This document shows, in pieces, positions 1 to 8,920 of a stretch of 64,000 bases of DNA. The DNA comes from Candidatus Levyibacteriota bacterium (lineage in GTDB: Bacteria > Patescibacteriota > Microgenomatia > Levybacterales > UBA12049), in contig SIBS01000002.1 of assembly GCA_009695045.1 (NCBI GenBank), positions 26,774-90,773 of the forward strand, in the 5' to 3' direction. The notes below the pieces were generated by a model. The model was not told the origin of the DNA. It saw only the letters and a list, made by a program, of their open reading frames with translations, and searched no databases. The translations under genes were made by a program, and so were the position numbers. Each line of letters starts with the position of its first letter. Within the stretch, counting starts at the first letter, position 1.

Positions 1-789
1 CTAGATTATCATAAAAATTGGGATAATTATTTTATTACAAAAGCAAAACTTATTAAAAATGTAAAAATAGCAATATTAAATCGTGATGAGTTATATTTTG
101 ATAGATTGACTGAGCAAGCAAAAGGTAAAATTATTAGTTTTGGATTTTCATCAAAAGCTGAATATAATCAAAAAAAATTCCCATTAAATTTAAAAATTTT
201 AGGTGATTTTAATTTATTAAATGGTTGGGCAGCAGCAGCAGCGTGTAGTGAGGTCGGAATATCTTCAACTATAATTAAATCTGCTTTAAATAAATTTTCT
301 AGATTAAAAGGGAGAATGGAAGAAATTAAAAATAATAAAGGTCTTATGATTGTGGTAGATTTTGCTGCTACCCCTAATGGCTTAGAGCAGTCATTAAAAA
401 CTTTACGAAAAAAGACAAAGGGGAGACTTATTTCAGTTTTTGGATCAGCTGGGCAAAGAGATATTTCAAAAAGATTTTTAATGGGAAAAATTTCTGCTAA
501 ATTTGCCGATATAACGATAATAACAGCAGAAGATCCACGCGGAGAATTAAATAAGATTAATGAGCAAATTGCTAATGGCGCAAAAGAAGCAGGTGCAGAA
601 ATAAATAAAAACCTTTTTATTATTAATCGTCGTGAAAAAGCAGTAGCTTTTGCGATAAATAATATTTCGAAAATAGGAGATACAATTGGATTCTTTGGTA
701 AAGGTCATGAAGAATCAATGAATTATGATGGTAAAAAAGAAGAACTATATAGCGAATTTAATCAAATTAAAAAATCATTAAAAAAATAA
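1..789 (+). CDS. murE: UDP-N-acetylmuramoyl-L-alanyl-D-glutamate--diamino acid ligase MurE, C-terminal part (5' end lies outside the window)
   Basis: Frame 1 is open from nucleotide 1 with no upstream stop. The Mur-ligase C-terminal domain (VVDFAATPNGLEQSL...GRLISVFGSAGQRDISKRFLMGKISAKFADITIITAEDPRGE) aligns with the MurE pattern (VVDYAHTPDALEKAL...FGCGGDRDKGKR...TDDNPRTE). Confidence 0.7.
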   Translation, partial: LDYHKNWDNYFITKAKLIKNVKIAILNRDELYFDRLTEQAKGKIISFGFSSKAEYNQKKFPLNLKILGDFNLLNGWAAAAACSEVGISSTIIKSALNKFSRLKGRMEEIKNNKGLMIVVDFAATPNGLEQSLKTLRKKTKGRLISVFGSAGQRDISKRFLMGKISAKFADITIITAEDPRGELNKINEQIANGAKEAGAEINKNLFIINRREKAVAFAINNISKIGDTIGFFGKGHEESMNYDGKKEELYSEFNQIKKSLKK

Positions 790-790
790 A

Positions 791-2209
791 ATGAAAAAAA
801 AGAGAATCCATTTTGTAGGAATTAAAGGAGTTGGCATGACCCCATTAGCTATTATTGCAAAAGAAGCAGGCTGCGATGTGACTGGTTGCGATATTGATGA
901 AGAATTTATAACAGACAAATCACTTAAAAAGGCAGGAATAAATCCACTTATTGATTTTTCTATTGACCACGTTTTAGATTGCGATATTGTTGTATCAACT
1001 GGAGCACATGGTGGCATGGAAAATGAAGAAGTTAAACATGCAATAAAATTAGGTAAAAAAGTAATTCTTCAAGGTCAAGCAGTGGGCCTATATATGGATG
1101 GTGATTTATTTGAAAAAAAATATATAAAAGGAATTTCCGTACTAGGGGCGCATGGTAAAACTACAACTACGGCAATGATAGCAACAATATTTATGCATGC
1201 AAAAAAAGATCCATCATATCTCGTAGGAACAAGCGATATATTATCTTTAGGAAATGCAGGTCATTATGGAAAAGGTCAATATTTTATTGCAGAAGCAGAT
1301 GAATATATAAATGATTCAGATTTAGAAAAAAGAGCTAAGTTTTTATGGCAGCATCCAGAAATTGCTATTATTACAAATATTGAATTTGATCATCCAGATG
1401 TATACTCCACCATAGAAGATGTAATAACTTCTTTTACAAGTTTTATCAGCGGAATAAAGGCCGGCGGCTTATTGATAGGGCATGGTGATGATCCAATAGT
1501 AAAAAAATTATTAAAAGAGTTTAATGGACGTTCAATAATCTATGGAATAGGTACTCAAAATGATTTCTTATTAAGTCGTGTAAGCGTGCATGATGGTAGA
1601 ACATATTTTTGGGTAGATAGTTCAGGAGTATCACTAGGTGAATTTATGATACAAGTAATTGGTGAACACAATGCTCTTAATGCGCTTGCCGCAATAATAT
1701 GTTCAATAGAAGCAGGAATATCAGTTGAAACAATAAAAAAAGCACTTAATCAATTTAGTGGTACTAAGAGAAGATTTGAATTTCAAGGTAAATTAAAATC
1801 TGGCGCATTTTTATATGATGATTATGCACATCATCCTACAGAAATAAAAAAAACATTAGAGGCATGTAGGCAAAATTTTCCAAAATTAAAAATTATATGC
1901 ATATTTCAACCACATACATTTTCTCGAACAAAAAAATTATTTAATGATTTTATTCATATATTTCAAATTGTTGATACATTGATACTTACTGATATTTTTT
2001 CTTCAGGAAGAGAAAAAAATGATGGCACTGTTTCTTCGAGAGATATTTATCAAGAAATGACTAGATTTTATTCGAATATAATATATCTTCCTACTCTTTC
2101 TAATGTGATAGAATATTTGGAAAAGAAACAATATGGAAAAGATGTAATTATTATTACTATGGGCGCAGGCGATGTGTACAAAATTCAAAAAAATTTAATG
2201 ATGGAGTAG
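791..2209 (+). CDS. murC: UDP-N-acetylmuramate--L-alanine ligase
   Basis: N-terminus IHFVGIKGVGMTPLA matches the MurC motif HFIGIGGxGMS. P-loop GAHGKTTTTAMI and the DDYAHHP motif are present. Confidence 0.9.
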   Translation: MKKKRIHFVGIKGVGMTPLAIIAKEAGCDVTGCDIDEEFITDKSLKKAGINPLIDFSIDHVLDCDIVVSTGAHGGMENEEVKHAIKLGKKVILQGQAVGLYMDGDLFEKKYIKGISVLGAHGKTTTTAMIATIFMHAKKDPSYLVGTSDILSLGNAGHYGKGQYFIAEADEYINDSDLEKRAKFLWQHPEIAIITNIEFDHPDVYSTIEDVITSFTSFISGIKAGGLLIGHGDDPIVKKLLKEFNGRSIIYGIGTQNDFLLSRVSVHDGRTYFWVDSSGVSLGEFMIQVIGEHNALNALAAIICSIEAGISVETIKKALNQFSGTKRRFEFQGKLKSGAFLYDDYAHHPTEIKKTLEACRQNFPKLKIICIFQPHTFSRTKKLFNDFIHIFQIVDTLILTDIFSSGREKNDGTVSSRDIYQEMTRFYSNIIYLPTLSNVIEYLEKKQYGKDVIIITMGAGDVYKIQKNLMME

Positions 2210-2212
2210 TAT

Positions 2213-3190
2213 ATGGATAAACAATACAATAAGCTAATTAAGGAGTTCGGAGAAACTAATCTGAAAATAAATGAACCAATGAATGAGCATACATCATTCA
2301 AAATCGGAGGATCAGCTCAATATTATCTAACTGTCGATAAGATAGAAGATTTAATAAAAGCAGTTGTTGTTGCTAATGATTTAAGCATCCCCTATTTAAT
2401 AATTGGGGGAGGAACCAACATGATAGTTTCTGATAATGGTATTAAAGGTCTTGTAATTAAAAATAATTGTCGGGCATTTAAAGTTATAGACAAAAAAGAA
2501 ATTATTGAAAATCAAGAAATAGATGAATCCGAAATATTTATTTATACTGAATCAGGCGCAATTATGAATCTATTAGTTCGTTTTGCAATAGATCAGGGAT
2601 TAAGTGGTTTAGAATATCAACTTGGTCTTCCTGGAACCATAGGTGGAGGGATTTATATGAATTCTAATTTTGCTGGTAAACAAGTATTTGTTGGAAATAA
2701 TGTATATAGTGCTACATTGCTTACAAAAAGTGGGAAATTAAAAGAAGTTAATGATTCATATTTTAATTTTTCTTATGATAGGAGTATTTTACAAGATACT
2801 CATGAAACTATCTTGTCACTTGTTTTACGCTTTATTCCTGAAGATAAAAATATTTTACTTGAGAGAGCAATGGGTGCATTAGAGTATCGTAGATTAAGAA
2901 TGCCCAAGGAAATATCTACTGGCTTTACATATAGAAATATTTCTATTAATCAATCACCAAGAGATATGAGCTCAAATGATATTAAGTCAGCTATTAATTA
3001 TATTGAAGAAGCTGGCTTTGTAGGAAAAAGTATTGGGGATGTTGTGATTCATGAGCATCCTAATTTTATACTGAATATTGGTAATGCTAAGTCAAAAGAT
3101 GTAGTAAAATTATTTGCAATAGTAAAGGAAAAAATTTGGAATAAATTTGGCATACAATTACTTATGGAAACACATATTACCGGTATTTAA
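2213..3190 (+). CDS. murB: UDP-N-acetylenolpyruvoylglucosamine reductase
   Basis: FAD-binding N-terminus (EHTSFKIGGSAQYYL...IIGGGTNMIVSD) is typical of MurB. The gene sits between murC and murA. Confidence 0.85.
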   Translation: MDKQYNKLIKEFGETNLKINEPMNEHTSFKIGGSAQYYLTVDKIEDLIKAVVVANDLSIPYLIIGGGTNMIVSDNGIKGLVIKNNCRAFKVIDKKEIIENQEIDESEIFIYTESGAIMNLLVRFAIDQGLSGLEYQLGLPGTIGGGIYMNSNFAGKQVFVGNNVYSATLLTKSGKLKEVNDSYFNFSYDRSILQDTHETILSLVLRFIPEDKNILLERAMGALEYRRLRMPKEISTGFTYRNISINQSPRDMSSNDIKSAINYIEEAGFVGKSIGDVVIHEHPNFILNIGNAKSKDVVKLFAIVKEKIWNKFGIQLLMETHITGI

Positions 3191-3229
3191 TTTAGCACAT
3201 GAAGATAATTATAATATTATAAATTTTTT

Positions 3230-4570
3230 ATGGATACATTTATAGTTCATGGAGGAAAAAAATTAAAAGGAGAAATTAGCGTATCTGGTGCAAAAAATGT
3301 TGCATTAAAAGTACTAGTTGCCTCATGTCTTACCGCTGATACAGTAATTATTCATAATATTCCTCATATTTCCGAAGTATCTATTATTATAAATATTATA
3401 AAATCACTTGGTGGAATAGTTGATATAGATGGTCATACTGTTAGTATTACTGTTGCTAGTGTTAATAATTTTGAAGTTCCCCTTGATAAGGCGGCTAAAA
3501 GTAGAAGTTCATCTCTGTTTATAGCTGCTTTATTAACTAGATTTGGAGAAGCAATTGTGCCAAATCCAGGTGGATGTCGTATAGGTGCTCGTCCGATAGA
3601 TCGTACAGTAGAAGGATTAAAGATATTGGGAGCTGAAATTGCTTATCATAGTGAGGATGGATATTTTCACGCAAAAATAAAAAATGGAGCCACTCGACTT
3701 CGTGGGTCTATATATAGATTTGATAAAAATTCTCATACCGGTACAGAGACATTAATTATAGCTGCTGTTTTAGCAGAGGGTAGGACAATAATTGAAAATG
3801 CTGCAGCTGAGCCTGAGGTAGATGAGCTCATCAGTCTTCTTGTTGCAATGGGCGCAAGGATTAAGCGAACGGAGTTGCGAACTATTATTATTGATGGTGT
3901 CAAGAAGCTAAATGGAGCAAGTTTTACGATTGGTCCTGATAGAAATGAAGTCATAACACTTGCTATAGCGGGTATTATTACTGGTGGAGATGTGATTATA
4001 AAAAATGTAAAAAAACAAGATATACTCGAATTTATTAAAAAAATTGAAATTGCTGGTGGCGGTTGTGAAATTGTGAAAAATGGAATTAGATTTTTTTCAA
4101 AAGGACCACTTTCTCCAACTGATATTACCACTGCTCCTTTTCCTGGTTTTATGACTGATTGGCAAAGTCCATGGGCAGTTCTTATGACGCAGGCGGAAGG
4201 CATATCCATAATACATGAGTCAGTATATGAATCACGTTTTAGTTATGTTGAAGAACTTAGGAAAATGGGTGCTCAAATAGAATTATTTAATCCAGAGGTA
4301 TTAAATCCACAAAAATTTTATAATTTTAATCTTAATGACGACAAGGAAGATAATTTTCATGCTGCAAAAATTTATGGACCTACAATTCTACATAATAGCA
4401 TAGTAACAATTTCTGATTTAAGAGCAGGAGCAACTATTGTTCTTGCGGCTCTAGCAGCAAAGGGAAAAAGCGTTATTTTCGGAGTAGATCAAATAGATAG
4501 GGGATATGAAAATTTAGAGATTCGTCTTAATCAATTAGGAGCAGATATAATTAGAGAGAAAAATGAATAA
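3230..4570 (+). CDS. murA: UDP-N-acetylglucosamine 1-carboxyvinyltransferase
   Basis: N-terminus (GGKKLKGEISVSGAKNVALKVLVAS), length and EPSP-synthase-like fold signature, with the active-site Cys region (GGCRIGARPIDR). Confidence 0.9.
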   Translation: MDTFIVHGGKKLKGEISVSGAKNVALKVLVASCLTADTVIIHNIPHISEVSIIINIIKSLGGIVDIDGHTVSITVASVNNFEVPLDKAAKSRSSSLFIAALLTRFGEAIVPNPGGCRIGARPIDRTVEGLKILGAEIAYHSEDGYFHAKIKNGATRLRGSIYRFDKNSHTGTETLIIAAVLAEGRTIIENAAAEPEVDELISLLVAMGARIKRTELRTIIIDGVKKLNGASFTIGPDRNEVITLAIAGIITGGDVIIKNVKKQDILEFIKKIEIAGGGCEIVKNGIRFFSKGPLSPTDITTAPFPGFMTDWQSPWAVLMTQAEGISIIHESVYESRFSYVEELRKMGAQIELFNPEVLNPQKFYNFNLNDDKEDNFHAAKIYGPTILHNSIVTISDLRAGATIVLAALAAKGKSVIFGVDQIDRGYENLEIRLNQLGADIIREKNE

Positions 4571-5312
4571 TAAAACTGCTGTAATCATATTGGCTGGAGG
4601 TCGTGGAAAGCGAATGCAGTCAAAAAATATAAATAAAGTAGCACTTTCCGTGGGTAATAGGCCAATGATTGTGCATATTGTTGATCTTTTTGTATCCATT
4701 GGCATAAATATAATAATAGTAGTAATTGGCTATGCTAAAAAATCTGTAATAAATGCACTTATTGATTTTCCAGTTATATTTGCAGAACAAAAAAAGCGCC
4801 TAGGCACAGCACATGCAGTTAAATGTGGCTTAAGGGAGCTTCCGGAAAATATCTCTAATGTATTAGTTTTGCAAGGTGATGATTCTGCATTTTATTCAAA
4901 AAAATTATTGCAATCACTTTTAGAAATACATCTTAAAGATAATGCAGATTTGACTTTTCTCACAATAGAAGTTGATAATCCTTATGGATTGGGTAGAATT
5001 ATTAGAGATAAATCAAATAAAATAATAGCAATTGTTGAAGAAAAAGATGCAAATGATGAGCAAAAAAAGATTAAAGAAATAAATCCAGCTTGCTATGTAT
5101 TTCGAGTAGAATTTTTGAAAAAATATATAAATAAAATTAAAAAAAGTCTTGTCACTAAAGAATATTATTTAACAACCCTTATAGATATAGCAAAGCAAAA
5201 AAATAAAATAATATCTAACGTAATGGGTGGTAATCTAATGTGGCGTGGAATTAATACAAAAGAAGAATTAGCTGAAGCAGAAAGATTATTTTTGCAGAAA
5301 AAAATAATATGA
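4563..5312 (+). CDS. glmU: Sugar-1-phosphate nucleotidyltransferase (GlmU N-terminal, uridyltransferase-like domain) as a separate ORF
   Basis: N-terminal motif AVIILAGGRGKRMQS matches the LAAGxGTRM motif of NDP-sugar pyrophosphorylases. A left-handed beta-helix ORF follows directly, with an ATGA overlap. Confidence 0.7.
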   Translation: MNNKTAVIILAGGRGKRMQSKNINKVALSVGNRPMIVHIVDLFVSIGINIIIVVIGYAKKSVINALIDFPVIFAEQKKRLGTAHAVKCGLRELPENISNVLVLQGDDSAFYSKKLLQSLLEIHLKDNADLTFLTIEVDNPYGLGRIIRDKSNKIIAIVEEKDANDEQKKIKEINPACYVFRVEFLKKYINKIKKSLVTKEYYLTTLIDIAKQKNKIISNVMGGNLMWRGINTKEELAEAERLFLQKKII

Positions 5313-5944
5313 AATTTAATACAGAAAATTATTTTTTACTAGATAATTTTTATTATAAAGATATATTTAATAATATTGAAAATATTTGGGAAGTATTGCC
5401 AAAGCTTGAAGAGTATTTATCGTCTCTATTTATTGATGGAAAAGTTATTGGAAATTATAAAGATAAAAAAAATATTTATATAGGGGAAGGCACAGTTATT
5501 CATGAAGATGTTAATATAGAAGGACCAGTTGTCATTGGAAAAAATTGCCTTATTACGCATGGTTCTTATATTCGATCAGGATGCTTGATTGGCGATAATG
5601 TTCGAATTGGCCATGGCGTGGAAATAAAAAGATCTATATTTCTTAATAACTCAATAGTTGCGCATTTAAATTATATTGGTGATAGTATTATTGGAAATAG
5701 TGTAAATATTGCAGGTGGAGCAATGTTGGCTAATCTCCGTTTTGATAAAAAAGATGTAATACTAAGATATGGAGATAAAATAATTAGTACAGGTCTGCAA
5801 AAATTTGGAGCAATATTGGGTGATAATGTTAGCATAGGTGCTAATGCAGTTCTAAATCCAGGAACATTGCTTGGTAAAAGGGTGATTGTTTATCCGTTAC
5901 AATTTGTGAAAGGTGTTTATATAGAAAATGAGATTATTAGATAG
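5309..5944 (+). CDS. Hexapeptide-repeat (left-handed beta-helix) acyltransferase, GlmU C-terminal acetyltransferase-like domain as a separate ORF
   Basis: Repeated [LIV]-G-x-x-x-x hexapeptides (IGKNCLITHGSYIRSGCLIGDNVRIGHGVEIKRS...IGDSIIGNSVNIAGGAMLAN...LGDNVSIGANAVLNPG). Confidence 0.65.
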   Translation: MKFNTENYFLLDNFYYKDIFNNIENIWEVLPKLEEYLSSLFIDGKVIGNYKDKKNIYIGEGTVIHEDVNIEGPVVIGKNCLITHGSYIRSGCLIGDNVRIGHGVEIKRSIFLNNSIVAHLNYIGDSIIGNSVNIAGGAMLANLRFDKKDVILRYGDKIISTGLQKFGAILGDNVSIGANAVLNPGTLLGKRVIVYPLQFVKGVYIENEIIR

Positions 5945-6431
5945 TGCTAAAAAAATAATGATATTGTTCGATATAGACTATACATTATTTGATACAGAAA
6001 ATTTTAAACAATCAAATCTTAAAAGTCATTTAATCTATCCAGAAGTAAAAGATGTACTTTCAAGTTTAGATAAAATTGCTGTGCTAGGAATATTATCAGA
6101 AGGGGATATTGTTTTTCAAATGAAAAAACTTAAGAGGTGTAAGATTGATAATTTTTTCTCTGATAAACATATACATATTATTTTACAAAAAAATAGTACG
6201 ATGTATGAGATTCTTGATATATATAAAAATAATAGAATATTTATAGTAGATGATAAACTTTCTTTTCTTAGAGAAATTAAATTGTATATGCCTTCACTTT
6301 TTACTATCTGGGTAAAACGAGGGCCATATGCAATGAATAGGCAATCTTTTAATGATTTTACACCAGATGCAGCTATAATAAATCTGACATTTATTAATAA
6401 TATTATTAGAGAAAGAATGGGTGTTAATTAA
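5928..6431 (+). CDS. Small HAD-superfamily hydrolase/phosphatase
   Basis: HAD motif I (FDIDYTLFD, i.e. DxDxT) near the N-terminus and a motif IV-like IVDDK. 167 aa. Confidence 0.55.
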   Translation: MRLLDSAKKIMILFDIDYTLFDTENFKQSNLKSHLIYPEVKDVLSSLDKIAVLGILSEGDIVFQMKKLKRCKIDNFFSDKHIHIILQKNSTMYEILDIYKNNRIFIVDDKLSFLREIKLYMPSLFTIWVKRGPYAMNRQSFNDFTPDAAIINLTFINNIIRERMGVN

Positions 6432-6434
6432 ATT

Positions 6435-8198
6435 ATGTGTGGAATATTTGGATATATTGGTAATCAAAATAATGCAGCTGAATCCACATTGGAGGGGTTG
6501 AAATTATTAGAATATAGAGGATATGATTCTTGGGGTATTGCCGTAAAGGATGGTAAAAATATTATCGTGGAGAAACATGTGGGTAAAATTGGTCAAGCAA
6601 AAACATCTCTGCCCAAAAGCTCACTCGGAATTGGTCATACTAGATGGGCAACTCATGGTGGAGTAACTGTGGAAAATTCGCATCCACATCTAGATTGTAG
6701 GAAAGAAATTGCAGTTATTCATAATGGTATTATAGAAAATTTCAAAGATTTAAAAAATGAATTACTGGCAAAAAATCATATATTTCTGTCTGAAACAGAT
6801 ACAGAAATTTTGCCACATCTTATTGAAGAATATCTAAAGACAGAAGAATTTTCATCCGCAGTTAGGGATGCATTTAATAGATTAAAGGGTTTAAATGCTG
6901 TTGTTGTTGCATATTCGCCCTCAGAAGAGATAATTGCTGCTAAAACAGGATCACCATTAGTAGTGGGATTAGGCGTAAATGAATTTTATGTCGCATCAGA
7001 TGTTTCTGGAATAATAAATCATACTCGTAGAATATTATTTGTAGAAGATAATCAAATGGTTATTTTAGGTAAAAAATTAAAATTAATTAGTTTATCAAGC
7101 GGTGATGAGATTCAGCCAGTATTTAATGATATTGACTGGAAATTTGAGCAATCAGATAAAGGCGATTTCAAGCATTTTTTTATGAAAGAAGTAAGTGAGC
7201 AGCCAAAAGTAGTAAAAAATATAGCATTAAATTACAAAGCTGAATCGGAAAAATTGGCAGATCTTATTGATAAGGCATTTGGGACTTTTATGCTGGGATG
7301 TGGAACAGCATCTTACGCGGCATTGGCAGGGACATACCTTTTTTCTAGAATTGCAAAAAAACATATTAATTTTTCAATTGGATCTGAATTTATGTATCTT
7401 GAGGATTATTTAACGCAAAAAAGTCTTATTATTCCAATTTCTCAAAGCGGTGAAACAATTGACGTAGTTGAGCCTGTTGCAAAAGCACTGAAAAAAGGAG
7501 CTAAAATTGCAGCAATAATAAATGTATTGGGCTCTACTCTTTATAGGCAAGCAGATTATAAATTCCTACTCGGAGCAGGTCCAGAGAAAGCAGTTGTAGG
7601 AACAAAAAGTTTTATTGCAATGATTGCAATGCTAATTTTAACCGCTTATACCCTAGCTAAGAAGCAATCAAAAGGTAAAGATCTTCTTATTAAGAGTGCG
7701 GAAAATATTGAAAATATTTTAAAAGTTGATTTTATTGAAAAGATAAAAATTATTGCTGATGATTTGAAAAATAAAGAACACATTTATATTATTGGGAGAG
7801 GATTATCATATGCTACAGCAGTTGAAGCAACATTAAAAATTAAAGAAACAAGCTGTATACATGCAGAAGGTTTTGCTGGGGGAGAATTAAAGCATGGCGT
7901 AATTGCGCTTATTGAAAAAGGTACACCATGCATTGTGTTTGCTCCAAATGATGAGACCTATGATGATATTATTTCCAATGCTGAAGAAATAAATGCTCGC
8001 GGAGGATTTATTATAGGAATTGGTCCTAAAAATAATGATGTATTTGATAGATTTTTACAAACTGATGATATCGGTGAGGCCACAATGATTCCTCAAGTGG
8101 TAATCTCTCAAATTTTAGCATATCAGCTTGCTCTCAAGCGAGGCATAGAAGATCCAGATAAGCCAAGAAATCTTGCTAAAAGTGTTACAGTTAAATGA
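6435..8198 (+). CDS. glmS: Glutamine--fructose-6-phosphate aminotransferase (isomerizing)
   Basis: N-terminal nucleophile MCGIFGY (Cys2), a glutaminase domain, then two SIS domains. 587 aa; C-terminus ends with the typical ...TVK. Confidence 0.92.
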   Translation: MCGIFGYIGNQNNAAESTLEGLKLLEYRGYDSWGIAVKDGKNIIVEKHVGKIGQAKTSLPKSSLGIGHTRWATHGGVTVENSHPHLDCRKEIAVIHNGIIENFKDLKNELLAKNHIFLSETDTEILPHLIEEYLKTEEFSSAVRDAFNRLKGLNAVVVAYSPSEEIIAAKTGSPLVVGLGVNEFYVASDVSGIINHTRRILFVEDNQMVILGKKLKLISLSSGDEIQPVFNDIDWKFEQSDKGDFKHFFMKEVSEQPKVVKNIALNYKAESEKLADLIDKAFGTFMLGCGTASYAALAGTYLFSRIAKKHINFSIGSEFMYLEDYLTQKSLIIPISQSGETIDVVEPVAKALKKGAKIAAIINVLGSTLYRQADYKFLLGAGPEKAVVGTKSFIAMIAMLILTAYTLAKKQSKGKDLLIKSAENIENILKVDFIEKIKIIADDLKNKEHIYIIGRGLSYATAVEATLKIKETSCIHAEGFAGGELKHGVIALIEKGTPCIVFAPNDETYDDIISNAEEINARGGFIIGIGPKNNDVFDRFLQTDDIGEATMIPQVVISQILAYQLALKRGIEDPDKPRNLAKSVTVK

Positions 8199-8920
8199 AT
8201 AAAAATTCTTTAAATAAAAAAATTCTGCCTATTATTATTTTGCACGGATGGGGATTAAGCACTCTGGTTTATAAAAATATTGTAAAAATTCTGAAGAAGA
8301 GAAATCACAGAGTTTATGTATTTGATTTTCCAGGATTTGGAGAAGAACCATTAGGAAATAATAGAGTTCTAAGTGATTATGTCATTTTTTTAAAAAATTA
8401 TTTAGAAAAAAGAAAAATTAAGAAATGTATATTAATAGGTCATTCTTTTGGTGGAAGGATTGCATTAAAATTTTCAATTAAATATCCTATTAATGTTGAT
8501 AAAATTATTCTTACTGGTGTTCCGGTGATTCGTCATAATGGAATGAAGCAAATTATAGCAGGTATCATAGCTTTTTTTGGAAAAAAAATAATATGTATTT
8601 TTCCTAAGTTTTTAGAAATTTTATTTAGGAAATTACTTTATCGTTTGATTGGGGAATCGGATTATATTAGGGCAGGAAAACTTAAAGATTTGTTTACTAA
8701 TATAATTACAGAAGATATATCGGGTTATTTTCGTGATTCTATTGTTCCAATATATTTAATTTGGGGAGAGAGTGACTCAATCACACCAGTATCAGATATA
8801 TCTATTATGAAAAAAATAAGACCAAATATAAAATATATTATTATTCCCAATACTGGACATCGATTACCATATGAAAATTCATTTATTTTTGCAAATGAAT
8901 TAGAGAACTATATTCTATGA
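8195..8920 (+). CDS. Alpha/beta-fold hydrolase (esterase/lipase-like)
   Basis: ILHGWG oxyanion region and nucleophile elbow GHSFGG; a C-terminal GHRLP segment is consistent with the catalytic His. Confidence 0.6.
   Translation: MNKNSLNKKILPIIILHGWGLSTLVYKNIVKILKKRNHRVYVFDFPGFGEEPLGNNRVLSDYVIFLKNYLEKRKIKKCILIGHSFGGRIALKFSIKYPINVDKIILTGVPVIRHNGMKQIIAGIIAFFGKKIICIFPKFLEILFRKLLYRLIGESDYIRAGKLKDLFTNIITEDISGYFRDSIVPIYLIWGESDSITPVSDISIMKKIRPNIKYIIIPNTGHRLPYENSFIFANELENYIL

Noticed and set aside
778-1017. Short antisense or alternative-frame ORFs nested inside well-supported genes (e.g. 778-1017, 2003-2188, 3733-4209, 12947-13204, 14259-14507, 15368-15598, 17332-17523, 18097-18321, 27253-27456, 48384-49142, 50274-51560, 54042-56229)
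   Set aside because: They are low-complexity and lie within genes that have strong homology on the other frame or strand. This is typical shadow-ORF noise in AT-rich DNA.
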